A stretch of 64,000 bases of DNA, from assembly GCA_947630745.1 (NCBI GenBank), contig CANRIT010000001.1, forward strand, positions 30,732 to 94,731, given 5' to 3'. The notes under the pieces are model-generated. The model was not told the DNA's origin, searched no databases, and worked only from the letters and a program-made list of their open reading frames with translations. The position numbers and the translations under genes were made by a program. This document shows, piece by piece, positions 16,848-26,611 of the stretch (position 1 is its first letter; the number at the start of each line of letters is the position of its first letter). Source of the DNA: an uncultured Clostridia bacterium (GTDB lineage Bacteria; Bacillota; Clostridia; Christensenellales; UBA1242).

Positions 16848-18043
16848 ACCGCCCCCTTTTTGCCGTCTTGCTTTTTGGTTTCCGATTGCGAATCGTCTTG
16901 CTTAAAAGTGTGCTCGGTGACCACATCGTCCGCTCGCTGCTGATTATCGTCCTTGTTTTTGTTGCGCGGCTTTTTGTTTTTGTATTTAATTTTACCCGCA
17001 ATAAATATTACAAGCGGAATAACATACTGGGTACAAATGGTTATAACCGACACGGCGGGAGACAAAAAGATTTGTTCAAGCCCAATTATTAAATCGCCAA
17101 TCAAACTTAGTACAAACACATAAAGCATAACTACAATGGTTGGAAAAACATTGTTTTTTATGTTAAAAATGTATTTAATCGCTTGCTGAAAACAATATCC
17201 ATAAAGCGCCAACTGCACCGCCTGCGCCACAATCCAAAGCGCAACAACCAGCCAAGACAACTCTTCAATTGAAGTGTGTAAACTAGAAAATTGACTTAAA
17301 TCGCTTAGGCAAAAATTGTGCGTTGGGCTGGTCACTTGAAACACGCCATAAAACACATAGTACACAAACTGCACCAAAACAATTGCCAGCAGTAGATAGC
17401 GGACTAGTTGCCCCGTCTTTTTTTTGGAGAAATCGATTTTGCCAAACAGCAGCAGCAAAAAGGTTGACGAGCCGAACCACGAACTATATTTAAACGCGCT
17501 TTCAAAAAGTGGAGATAATCCGTCCTTAAACAACGGCAAAAAACTTTCCGCTTCCGCGCCCGAAAACGACTTTGCTGTGATAAAAATTATACCAACAAGC
17601 ACAAACCAGCAGACAATTTCGCCCACGCGGGCAATGTTGCGTATGCCCTTGTAAATCATGTAGCCAATAAGCGCGGCAAGCGGCAAAATGTAGGCAAACC
17701 AACTCAATTCGTTGTATAGATTGTCCGCCACAAAAAATTCTAGTCCCTTAGAAATGTTTGCCATGCTAAGCGCAAATTTAACAAGTAACAACACCAAAAA
17801 AATTTTTGTAACCACCGTGCCTAAACACGATTTCATAAACTCGTAAATATTTTTTTCGCCGCTGTTTTCCGCCAAATTTAGGATTAAAAAGGCATAAATT
17901 CCGTCAATCACCATAAGAAAGAGCGCAACAAAAATGCTGTTGCTTTCGCTTTTTGTGTAAAGCAGGCTTGGAAGTGCCAAAAATTTAAGCGCGATTTGGC
18001 TTAAAAATATTAAAATGCAGGTTTGTCTGTAATTTATTTTCAT
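16844..18043 (-). CDS. spore germinant receptor, GerA-family B subunit (APC-like permease)
   Basis: 399 aa, ~10 TM helices, between the A and C subunits. Charged C-terminal tail. Confidence 0.85.
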   Translation of the reverse strand: MKINYRQTCILIFLSQIALKFLALPSLLYTKSESNSIFVALFLMVIDGIYAFLILNLAENSGEKNIYEFMKSCLGTVVTKIFLVLLLVKFALSMANISKGLEFFVADNLYNELSWFAYILPLAALIGYMIYKGIRNIARVGEIVCWFVLVGIIFITAKSFSGAEAESFLPLFKDGLSPLFESAFKYSSWFGSSTFLLLLFGKIDFSKKKTGQLVRYLLLAIVLVQFVYYVFYGVFQVTSPTHNFCLSDLSQFSSLHTSIEELSWLVVALWIVAQAVQLALYGYCFQQAIKYIFNIKNNVFPTIVVMLYVFVLSLIGDLIIGLEQIFLSPAVSVITICTQYVIPLVIFIAGKIKYKNKKPRNKNKDDNQQRADDVVTEHTFKQDDSQSETKKQDGKKGAV

Positions 18044-19518
18044 TTGCCCCTCCTGCGCAGGTTGTTGCGATTGTTTGCAATTGAACGCGGACGATTTTTC
18101 ATCTCGTTAATGGTTGCCCGCATCATAAAGTCTTTTTGGTCGCTTGCAATATATGGCGCGGTTGGCGCAAGGTAGGCAGAATTGTAGCTGTCAAAACTGG
18201 ACAAATACGCAAGCACATACACGCAAAACAACAATATCCCATATATGCCCAAACATGCCCCCACCAGGCATGCAACCGCGCGCAACACGCTAAACTGCCC
18301 CGCTTGGCTTGGAATTATGTAAAAGGTGATGCCGCTAAGCGCAACAATCATAACGGTTGGCGGGCTTACAAGCCCTGCATTTACCGCAGTTTCACCCAAA
18401 ATAAGCGCACCAACAATGCTGGTTGCAATGCCTAAATATTGCGGCATCCTAAGGTTGGCTTCGTACAGAATTTCAAACAGCAGAATAACAAAGATAACTT
18501 CCACAAACGGGCTGAATGGTATACCCTGGGTGGTATTCATAATTGTGACCAAAAACGACAGCGGAATAATTTTGTAATGATAAATTTCAAGCGCTATGTA
18601 TATACCCGGTAGGAGTACCGCAATAACCACACCCACCAAGCGCAAAATTCTAACAAGTGTAACATGGATTGGCTGACCATAATAATCATCGCTGTTTTGC
18701 AAATCTTCAATTATAATAAACGGCAAGGTTAGTGCAATTGGTGTGCCGTCAACCAAAATGCCCACCCGACCTTCCAGCATTTTGCCAAGCAAAATATCTG
18801 GCTTTTCCGTGTCGCCAATCTGTTTAAAAAGCGAATGCGGATTTTTTTGCAGATAACTTATTAAATAATGGCTGTCAACCACACCATCAATGTCAATTTT
18901 TTTAAGTTTGTCAACTATTTCACTAACAATTTTTTTGTCCGCCACCGAACTAAAATACAGCACGCTTATTTGAGTTTTGGTAAGCTTGCCCAACTCCAAA
19001 TTTTGCACCACCAAATCATCCGTTTTAACTCGCCGCCTTATAAGTGCCAAATTGTATTTTAAACTCTCGTTAAACCCCTCACGCGGACCCTTGATAACCA
19101 AATTGTTTGGTGGCTCGGCAATGGCACGCACAGTTATCTTTTCCATATCCGCGGTTAATATTTTTGGTGCGCCGTCCATAAGCACAAGCGTGTGTGCATG
19201 CAAAAGTTTGTCAGTCGCTTCGTCAACATCCAGCTCGTTTAATTCAATGCTAGATAGCACCTTATCTCGCAGCGCGGCATACTTGTCGCCCGTAATAGTT
19301 TTGCTGTAACTTGTAATTGGATAAATAACTGTGTCGTTTAAAAGTTTATTGTCCGTAATTTCAGCAATATACATAATAATAACATTGCAATTAAAAAATT
19401 TAACCGCACGCGATTTTATGTCGCTGCTAAAATGCAACCTCTCTTTAATTCTCTCTTCCACCTTTTGGGCATCAATCTTCATACAACTAGTTTGTTTAAT
19501 AAAATAATTTTTATACAA
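18040..19518 (-). CDS. spore germinant receptor, GerA-family A subunit
   Basis: 492 aa. GerA-type soluble N-domain plus C-terminal TM block (IKGPREGFNESL..N..LIRRR; LEGRVGILVDGTP). The start may be the internal Met at 19482. Confidence 0.9.
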   Translation of the reverse strand: MYKNYFIKQTSCMKIDAQKVEERIKERLHFSSDIKSRAVKFFNCNVIIMYIAEITDNKLLNDTVIYPITSYSKTITGDKYAALRDKVLSSIELNELDVDEATDKLLHAHTLVLMDGAPKILTADMEKITVRAIAEPPNNLVIKGPREGFNESLKYNLALIRRRVKTDDLVVQNLELGKLTKTQISVLYFSSVADKKIVSEIVDKLKKIDIDGVVDSHYLISYLQKNPHSLFKQIGDTEKPDILLGKMLEGRVGILVDGTPIALTLPFIIIEDLQNSDDYYGQPIHVTLVRILRLVGVVIAVLLPGIYIALEIYHYKIIPLSFLVTIMNTTQGIPFSPFVEVIFVILLFEILYEANLRMPQYLGIATSIVGALILGETAVNAGLVSPPTVMIVALSGITFYIIPSQAGQFSVLRAVACLVGACLGIYGILLFCVYVLAYLSSFDSYNSAYLAPTAPYIASDQKDFMMRATINEMKNRPRSIANNRNNLRRRGK

Positions 19519-19743
19519 GATAATCTTTTGCAGATTTTTAATATAAATTTGTTAAAAAACTCAGCAAAAATCTTAAAAAACCATAAAAAACCGCAAATTT
19601 TTTAAAAATTTAATCAAATTTTATTTAAACGCCAAATTTTGTTTCGGCAAAAATTTTGGTTTTTTTGCATTTTGTGTTAATTTTTGCGCGCGGTTTTTCT
19701 TCTATTTAGTGCGTAGCGGCATAAATTATATTAGAGGTAAATT

Positions 19744-20472
19744 ATGTACTATTGTAATGAATTAAATGGTTTGGCGGTTTTGTCGTTATACGAGGGCGAA
19801 CTTTTGGGCAAGGTGGACAAGCTTTACTTTGACAAAAAGTTAAAGCGGCTTATGGAAGTTGAACTTATTGGCGAAAACGACACCCGCTTTTTGTTGCCAA
19901 CAAAAAACATATATCACATTGGCAAAAACGCAATCACGGTAAAAAACAATCAAGCGGTAAGCTTAAAGGTGGAAGAAAATCCGCTTAGTGTTGCGCCAAT
20001 AAACAGCAAGGCGTATTCAATTACTGGCACATATTTGGGTGTGGTTAAAGAGCTGACCCTTAACGAGAAATTTTTAACCGAAAAATTTTCGCTTGACAAC
20101 AATTCTACCCTAGACATAAACCAACTTGCATCAAGTGGCAAAAACACCATAATTTTTTATGACGAATTGCAACACATCAATCTTAGCAAATTCACCCCAA
20201 AGCAAACGCCAAAATCTTTTAAATCCAAGCAAGCCCAAACCGCACAAATTTTGCCCGTAAACTCAGTTTCTGCCGATGCCGTTTTGGTTGAAGAAAAGCC
20301 CGCCACCAACATACAAAACGCCGACTTTTTGATTGGTAGAGTTTGCACTAAGGACATATTTAATTTCAACAACGAAATTTTGATTAAAGCCCATTGCCTT
20401 GTAAACAAAAAGAACCTTAAAGAAATCAACCGCTTTGGCAAACTCCGCGAACTTATGCTTTACACAAAATAA
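19744..20472 (+). CDS. PRC-barrel domain protein (YlmC/YmxH-like, extended)
   Basis: 242 aa. The N-terminus (L.GLAVLSLYEGELLGKVDKLYFD) and C-terminus (FLIGRV...I.N.NNEILIKAH) look like PRC-barrel repeats. Moderate certainty. Confidence 0.5.
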   Translation: MYYCNELNGLAVLSLYEGELLGKVDKLYFDKKLKRLMEVELIGENDTRFLLPTKNIYHIGKNAITVKNNQAVSLKVEENPLSVAPINSKAYSITGTYLGVVKELTLNEKFLTEKFSLDNNSTLDINQLASSGKNTIIFYDELQHINLSKFTPKQTPKSFKSKQAQTAQILPVNSVSADAVLVEEKPATNIQNADFLIGRVCTKDIFNFNNEILIKAHCLVNKKNLKEINRFGKLRELMLYTK

Positions 20473-20506
20473 TTTTGTTAGATTTTTAAATTTTTACGAT
20501 TTTATT

Positions 20507-20543
20507 TTACTTTTTATGGGATAAAAAGTAACAAAAAACCAAG
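20507..20543 (+). repeat. AT-hairpin motif copy 3, 35 nt 3' of the PRC-barrel gene
   Basis: TTACTTTTTATGGGATAAAAAGTAACAAAAAACCAAG. Same orientation relative to its gene as copies 1 and 2. Confidence 0.8.
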
Positions 20544-20602
20544 TAAAAAAACTTAACAACCTTAAATAATTAGCAACAAAACTTTATTAATTCCACTAAT
20601 TT

Positions 20603-20977
20603 TTAAAGCAAAAAATTCACCTTACAAAAAAATAAGGTGTTTTTTATGTAATCGTAAGGGATTTTGTTTTTCTTTTCACCAAGCAAGTTTAAAATGTAGC
20701 CACCTTCCACTTTGCACCACCATTTTGGATTGTTTAGCGGCAGTTCTTCCAAAATTTGCTTATCTGTTGCCCCGCCGTCTTCAACTAATTGCAAATCTTC
20801 AATTTTTATTACCACAAACTCATCCTCTTTAACAAAATTTGGGTCGGTAAACACAACAAAAAAATTATTATCCCTAATCTCTGGCTGAATTATTGTTCCC
20901 TCATCGTTTAGTTTAACTCCGTGTTCCACGTATTCATCCCGCATGTGTATAACCTTAACTCTATCGTAAATTTTCAT
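20603..20977 (-). CDS. DUF4926-like small protein, tandem paralogue A
   Basis: 124 aa. The C-terminal ~45 aa (ATDKQILE.LPLNNPKWWCKVE.GYILNLLGEKKNKIPYDY) are nearly identical to 21027-21356. No clear SD sequence. Confidence 0.45.
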   Translation of the reverse strand: MKIYDRVKVIHMRDEYVEHGVKLNDEGTIIQPEIRDNNFFVVFTDPNFVKEDEFVVIKIEDLQLVEDGGATDKQILEELPLNNPKWWCKVEGGYILNLLGEKKNKIPYDYIKNTLFFCKVNFLL

Positions 20978-21026
20978 ATAAGTATTATATCATATTTTAA
21001 AAAGCAAAACAACACAAAATTAAAAA

Positions 21027-21356
21027 CTAAGAATTGTAATCATATGGAATTTTGTTTTTCTTTTCTCCAAGCAAGTTCAAAATATATCCGCTTTCCACCT
21101 TGCACCACCACTTTGGATTGTTTAGCGGAAGCCCTTCCAGAATCTGCTTATCTGTTGCTTTTCCGTCTTCAACAACTTGCAAATCTTCAATTTTAACAAC
21201 GGCGTATTTATACCAATCGTAGATGTTGTGATTGTCAAAAATTACATTAAAACAATTATCCCTTATTTCCGCATCAAAAATTGTTCCAATTTCGCCTTTT
21301 TTAACATTGCTGTTTAAATAATCTTTTAGCACCCTAACCTTATCCATAAATTTCAT
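21027..21356 (-). CDS. DUF4926-like small protein, tandem paralogue B
   Basis: 109 aa. SH3-like N-terminus (KVRVLKD...KKGEIGTIFD). The 3' half shares roughly 85% DNA identity with paralogue A, by eye. Confidence 0.5.
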   Translation of the reverse strand: MKFMDKVRVLKDYLNSNVKKGEIGTIFDAEIRDNCFNVIFDNHNIYDWYKYAVVKIEDLQVVEDGKATDKQILEGLPLNNPKWWCKVESGYILNLLGEKKNKIPYDYNS

Positions 21357-21491
21357 TTTGCCCTACCTTAAAAAACCTTGTGTTGATTATATATAAGATT
21401 GTATCACATCTAAAACAAAAAAGCACAATAAATTATGCGCTTTTGCTTGCAAAAATTGATTGGTTATGATAAAATTTTGGTGAGGTGAAAT

Positions 21492-22232
21492 ATGAATAAA
21501 GTTGTTATTGTAACTGGCGCGCAGCAAGGGATTGGCAAAACCATTGCGGAAAATTTTGCTGGCTTAGGATATGATGTTGTAGTAAACGATAAGGACGACA
21601 AAAGTAAACTTGAAAAATTAAAGGATGAATTAATACGCAAATACAAAGTTGATGTTATGGTTTGCTTTGGCGATGTGTCAAGCGAGCAGTTTGCAAAACA
21701 AATGTTTAAGCAAGTTACAAAACATTTTAAATATATTAATGCACTTGTAAACAATGCGGCAATTGTGGAAGATATGGAAATTTTAAATAGAAATGTGCAA
21801 ACTTTTAACAAAACGCTTACAAACAATGCCGCCAGCGTTTACATTATGAGCAAACTTTTTGGTCAATACATGTTTGAAAACAAGTCTGGCAAAATCATCA
21901 ACATTTCGTCAACAAATGGCGACAAGACGCTTTATCCAACAAGTATAGATTACGATGCAAGCAAGGCGGCAATCAACAGTTTAACAAAAAACTTTGCAAT
22001 TCAATTTGCGCCTTTCGTAAATGTAAATGCGGTTATGCCCGCTTGGGTTATGACCGAGATGAATATGCAGCTGGATAAGAAATTTTTGGAAAAGGAAAGA
22101 AAGCGCATTTTGTTAAAAAAGTTCCAAACCACGCAAGACATTGCCAATGCGGTTGAATTTTTGGCAAGCGAAAAAGCCGCATCCATTACGGGCGTAATTC
22201 TTCCTGTGGATGGCGGGCTTTCAATAATTTAA
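21492..22232 (+). CDS. SDR-family oxidoreductase (FabG-like)
   Basis: 246 aa. TGAQQGIG, NNAA and Y..SKAA motifs. GAGGTG RBS. Confidence 0.9.
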   Translation: MNKVVIVTGAQQGIGKTIAENFAGLGYDVVVNDKDDKSKLEKLKDELIRKYKVDVMVCFGDVSSEQFAKQMFKQVTKHFKYINALVNNAAIVEDMEILNRNVQTFNKTLTNNAASVYIMSKLFGQYMFENKSGKIINISSTNGDKTLYPTSIDYDASKAAINSLTKNFAIQFAPFVNVNAVMPAWVMTEMNMQLDKKFLEKERKRILLKKFQTTQDIANAVEFLASEKAASITGVILPVDGGLSII

Positions 22233-22238
22233 TCTTTT

Positions 22239-22751
22239 TTACACGGACAAAAATTGCACTGTGGTTAAAATTTGTTTAAAGGCGGAAAGCAGTTTGTTGT
22301 CGTCTTCCATAATGCGATTTAAAAGCGCTTGCAGTTGCTGATTTTTTGTAATTTTGCACGCGTTGCTAATGTTGTCAATAACCGCAGTTTGCAAGCGGAT
22401 GTTGGCGTTTAACATATCTTTTAATTTGGTGGCATAGTTTATGTAAGAAGAAGTAAACGGCATTTTTTGTGCGTCTTCAAAAACTGGCACGCCACCAAAA
22501 TCCACAATGGCGTTTGTAAGCAAGGTTAAGTGCGTGTTTTTTAAAATTGATGCCTCTTCAAAAAGTTGTGCCAATTCTTCCATCGATTTGTCCGCAATTG
22601 CCGACTGAAAAAGATATTGCAGTTGGCATGTCAAAACTCCCGCACGCGCCGATATTAAATTTTTTAAAATAAACACACTTGTGGCATCTTGTGTTTGACT
22701 TAATTTTGGGTAAGGCAAATTTGAAGATAATTTTATTTGGCTAAAATCCAT
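22239..22751 (-). CDS. CotJC/manganese-catalase-like ferritin-fold protein with degenerate metal ligands
   Basis: 170 aa, aligns by eye along B. subtilis CotJC (YP.. ; ..L.YL.Q ; PFT.SYI). The EEFAH, AEE and E..VH ligand positions read LKNTH, ANI and EDDNKL. GGAGG RBS. Confidence 0.45.
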   Translation of the reverse strand: MDFSQIKLSSNLPYPKLSQTQDATSVFILKNLISARAGVLTCQLQYLFQSAIADKSMEELAQLFEEASILKNTHLTLLTNAIVDFGGVPVFEDAQKMPFTSSYINYATKLKDMLNANIRLQTAVIDNISNACKITKNQQLQALLNRIMEDDNKLLSAFKQILTTVQFLSV

Positions 22752-22870
22752 ATTCCTCCTAACTTCTTTTTATATATGTCAAACAAAAAATTATTGTTAA
22801 AATGCGCCAAATTTACTTTAATTATTTGTTTAAAAACTTTTTATGTGTTAAAATAATTGTAAGGATTGTT

Positions 22871-25294
22871 ATGACAAAGAAAAAAGTTGAAAATTCAAAG
22901 CCAACGCGCTACAACCCAAAGCCAAGCGAAGGGCTAAGCGAAAAGCAAGTTAAGGCGCGTAATGAAGAAAATTTAGTTAATGTGTCCACAATAAAAACTT
23001 CCAAAAGTGTGGGTGGAATTTTTGCAAAAAACATTTTTACATTTTTTAACATGACCTGCTTTGCGGTCGCGCTTGCACTTATTATTGTTGGGGCGTATTC
23101 CGACTTGCTGTTTATGGTGATTGTAACTTGCAATGTTGTTATTGGCATTGTGCAAGAAATCCGCGCCAAGATGACCATGGATAAATTGTCGCTAACAAAC
23201 AGCAATTTCACCAAAGTGGTGCGCGATGGTGATGAGCAAGAGATTTACAAAACCGAAGTGGTGTTGGATGATGTGCTTGTGTTGTCGCCCGGCACGCAGA
23301 TTGCTTGTGACAGCATTGTTTTGGAAGGCAGCATTGAAGCCAACGAAAGTATGCTTACTGGCGAAAGTCAGCCCATAAAAAAAGAAAAGGGAGACAGCCT
23401 TTTGGGTGGCAGTTTTGTAAGCAGTGGCAGTTGCAAAGCCAAGGTTAACAAGGTGGGCAACGACAATTACATTGCCAAACTTAGCGAAAAGGCAAAACAA
23501 TTTAAACAAAGCAAAAGTGAACTGTTAACAAGTTTGCGCGCGCTTATTAAAGTTATTGCCATAATTATGATACCTATTGCAATTTTAATTTGCTACAACA
23601 ACTACCAATTTTACACAGCCAATCCGCTTGAAGCGGGGCGATTTAGTTTGGCGTATATGGTGGTTACAAAAACGGCTGGCTGTATTGTTGCCATGATACC
23701 TGCGGGAATGTTTTTGTTGACCTCGGTTGCACTGTATGTAAGTGTTATCCGCCTTGCAAAAAAGCACACGCTGGTGCAAGAATTGTATTGTATTGAAATG
23801 TTGGCGCGCACAAATGTGTTGTGCCTTGACAAAACTGGCACACTGACCAACGGCAGCATGAGTGTTAAAAATGTGGTTATGGTGGCAAACAACAAAACGG
23901 AAAAAGATGTGGATAAAATTGTTGCAAGTATGGTGTACGCCTTCCACGATGCAAACCACACGGCAATTGCCTTAAAAAGCTATTTTGGCAAGCCTGTGTA
24001 CACAGCGGAAAAAAGCATGCCATTTTCAAGCGAACGCAAGTTTATGGGTTGCAAATTTAAAAACACGGCGGCGTACAAACTTGGCGCGTACGAATATGTT
24101 ATGGATAACCCGCCCGACCTAGTTAAAAAATTGGCGGAAGAGTATGCGGTTAACGGGTATCGCGTGCTGCTGCTTGCTGAGTGTGACAAAAATTTCAGCA
24201 GCAAAGGGTGTGAGCCAATTGCCCTAATTTTGCTCCAAGACAACATCCGCAAAGATGCGCCAAAAACGATTGAATGGTTTAAGCAAAACGGAGTGGATAT
24301 AAAGATTATTTCGGGCGACAACCCTATTACCGTAAGCGAAGTTGCCCACCGCTGCGGAGTTAATAATTACGACAAATATATAAGCCTGCATGGCATGACA
24401 GAAAACGAGGTTATTGAGTGTGCCAACAAGTTTACAATATTTGGTCGCGTTAGCCCAGAGCAGAAAGCAATTTTGGTTAAAACGCTTAAAAACCAAGGCA
24501 AAACGGTTGCTATGACGGGGGACGGCGTAAACGACATTTTGGCACTTAAAGAGGCGGATTGTTCAATTGCCATTGCTGCGGGTAGCGATGCGGCGCGTTC
24601 GGTCAGCCAACTTGTGTTGCTTGACAGCAATTTCAGTTCGATGCCAAGCGTGGTGGCAGAAGGGCGGCGAGTGGTAAACAACATACAAAAATCTTCCTCG
24701 CTTTTCCTTATGAAAACCATATTTGCAATTTTGATTTCCATCTTTGTGCTGCTGCCTTTGCCAAACATAAGCCACACCTACCCATTCAGCCCTATTCAAT
24801 TTATTTTGCTTGAAATGCTGGTTATTGGCATACCATCGTTCTGCTTGGCGTTGCAACCAAACACCAAACCAATTAAAGGTAGATTTATTTTCAACCTGCT
24901 TAAAAACGCCGCGCCCGCTGGGCTTACAATGGTGGCGGCAACAATAAGCATGTATATCTATCAAATCTGCACTGGCATTTCAACCGAAATTTTGGTGACA
25001 TTAAGTTCGCTGGCGATACTGGCGGTTGGGTTTATTGCGCTGTTTAACATGTGCCGACCATTCAACTGGTTTAAAAGCATTATGTATGTAAGCTTTTTGT
25101 CTCTATCTGTTGCGGCAATTGCGCTTATTTTCACCATGCCACAATTTACAAACATGTTTAAATATGTTCACTTTGGCAATGTAAACTTGATGTTCTTAAT
25201 AATTGTGTGCGAAACTTCGTTCTTCCTATACTATGTGCTGGACAAAGTTATGCACAAAAAACCAAAGTCTGTGGTTGGTGAGCAAGAAGAATAA
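22871..25294 (+). CDS. cation-transporting P-type ATPase (HAD-IC, P2-like)
   Basis: ORF trimmed to the ATG after AAGGA. TGES, CLDKTGTLT and MTGDGVNDILALKEADCSIA motifs. About 10 TM helices. Confidence 0.92.
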   Translation: MTKKKVENSKPTRYNPKPSEGLSEKQVKARNEENLVNVSTIKTSKSVGGIFAKNIFTFFNMTCFAVALALIIVGAYSDLLFMVIVTCNVVIGIVQEIRAKMTMDKLSLTNSNFTKVVRDGDEQEIYKTEVVLDDVLVLSPGTQIACDSIVLEGSIEANESMLTGESQPIKKEKGDSLLGGSFVSSGSCKAKVNKVGNDNYIAKLSEKAKQFKQSKSELLTSLRALIKVIAIIMIPIAILICYNNYQFYTANPLEAGRFSLAYMVVTKTAGCIVAMIPAGMFLLTSVALYVSVIRLAKKHTLVQELYCIEMLARTNVLCLDKTGTLTNGSMSVKNVVMVANNKTEKDVDKIVASMVYAFHDANHTAIALKSYFGKPVYTAEKSMPFSSERKFMGCKFKNTAAYKLGAYEYVMDNPPDLVKKLAEEYAVNGYRVLLLAECDKNFSSKGCEPIALILLQDNIRKDAPKTIEWFKQNGVDIKIISGDNPITVSEVAHRCGVNNYDKYISLHGMTENEVIECANKFTIFGRVSPEQKAILVKTLKNQGKTVAMTGDGVNDILALKEADCSIAIAAGSDAARSVSQLVLLDSNFSSMPSVVAEGRRVVNNIQKSSSLFLMKTIFAILISIFVLLPLPNISHTYPFSPIQFILLEMLVIGIPSFCLALQPNTKPIKGRFIFNLLKNAAPAGLTMVAATISMYIYQICTGISTEILVTLSSLAILAVGFIALFNMCRPFNWFKSIMYVSFLSLSVAAIALIFTMPQFTNMFKYVHFGNVNLMFLIIVCETSFFLYYVLDKVMHKKPKSVVGEQEE

Positions 25295-25296
25295 TT

Positions 25297-25321
25297 AAAC
25301 TGCTTATATGGCAGTTTTTTT
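25297..25321. terminator. intrinsic terminator between convergent genes
   Basis: AAACTGC-TTATATG-GCAGTTT followed by a T-run. Confidence 0.6.
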
Positions 25322-26153
25322 ATTCAATTATTATGTTGGTTATTTTGTCCGCGCATTCAAATTTAACTTTGGCAACTAGCGCGCGGTTTTTTATAAGTGC
25401 CATTTCGCAAAAATTAAACGGAAAGTAAAAATCAAATTCGGGCAAGAACGAAGAAAGTGCGCGCGCGTTTTGTTGATGCAGTTCGTTAGACAAAAGGTTG
25501 TTGCAATATTTATAGTTGCCCGCCAAATACAAATCCAAAAATATTAGCGGCATAAATTTGGGCTGCAAATTTATTTCCAAATTATCCAAATACACTAAAA
25601 AACTTTTAAACTTGCCCGCCTTTATGCACGCCACCTTTCCATGATTTATATTGTCGTTAAGCCGCTTTAAAAGATACAATTCCTTACCCGTATTAATTTC
25701 GTCATAATAGTCCGCCCAAAGCAGTTTTTTGTCTTTTATAATCACAACAAAATTGCGCGCGCCTTCAAAATAAATTACGATGTGCTTATCAAAATTTTCA
25801 TAACCCAAATAGCTTATGCCTTCAACCTCGCCTTCAAAAATTTTCTGCCCATCAACCGACACAATCAGCCTATCGTTTAGCGACACATTTATTAAACTAT
25901 TTTGGCAAGAAAATTGATTGAAACTTTCCACATTTTTGTCGCGCAAAGTTAACAGATAGTAATTATTTCCCGCATGCGCAAGCGAAATCACATCCGCGTT
26001 CGCCTCGTCCAGATTTAGCAAGGCGGGCGGGTTGTTTTTGTAAAAAATTAAGGCGGGCGAAAAGTTTAAAATTTGATAGACCGCGTTTTTTGCTAGTTTA
26101 ATTGGTTTGTCCTTAAACAAGGTGCAGTTTTTGTTTGCAACCAAAAAATCCAT
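25320..26153 (-). CDS. hypothetical protein
   Basis: 277-aa ORF. No family recognised and no clear SD sequence. Confidence 0.5.
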   Translation of the reverse strand: MDFLVANKNCTLFKDKPIKLAKNAVYQILNFSPALIFYKNNPPALLNLDEANADVISLAHAGNNYYLLTLRDKNVESFNQFSCQNSLINVSLNDRLIVSVDGQKIFEGEVEGISYLGYENFDKHIVIYFEGARNFVVIIKDKKLLWADYYDEINTGKELYLLKRLNDNINHGKVACIKAGKFKSFLVYLDNLEINLQPKFMPLIFLDLYLAGNYKYCNNLLSNELHQQNARALSSFLPEFDFYFPFNFCEMALIKNRALVAKVKFECADKITNIIIE

Positions 26154-26261
26154 TTACATTTTATATGAGCAAAAAAAATTTAATGTCAAATTACGGCAAA
26201 AGTGTAATTTTTTAGATATAATTTGCAAAATATTTTGCGTTTTTGCGTACAAAATAATATT

Positions 26262-26513
26262 ATGGAAAACAAAGATTGTAATTTACACATTATGCCAAGC
26301 CCAATTTCGGACGAGGATATAACTGCGCTTTTTAATGGCATTTTAAAAGTTATTCGCAAAAAGAGCGAACTGGATAGCCGCGCGCAGATGTTAAACCTTA
26401 ACCTTGACAACGAGCGGCTTATTAAAGCCCTTAACGCAAAACAAGCGGAATGCAATCGGCTTAAAAATGAAATTATATTTTTAAAGTCGCAACTTAGCGA
26501 ATACAAAAACTGA
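26262..26513 (+). CDS. hypothetical coiled-coil protein
   Basis: 83-aa ORF with heptad-like sequence (LNLNLDNERLIKALNAKQAECNRLKNEIIFLKSQL). Start uncertain. The antisense ORF 26186-26518 is the alternative reading. Confidence 0.35.
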   Translation: MENKDCNLHIMPSPISDEDITALFNGILKVIRKKSELDSRAQMLNLNLDNERLIKALNAKQAECNRLKNEIIFLKSQLSEYKN

Positions 26514-26611
26514 TGCAAAAATTAAATTCCATTTAAAATTACAAATAAATGCGGTTTTTTGTTAAAAAATTAAAGTTTTTTAAAAAATTTTTAACAAATT
26601 GGTTAAAATAA

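Noticed and set aside
26186-26518. Minus-strand ORF 26186-26518.
   Set aside because: It competes with the plus-strand coiled-coil ORF (26262-26513). The minus product is Cys/Leu/Ser-rich low complexity with no RBS. Neither reading is strongly supported.
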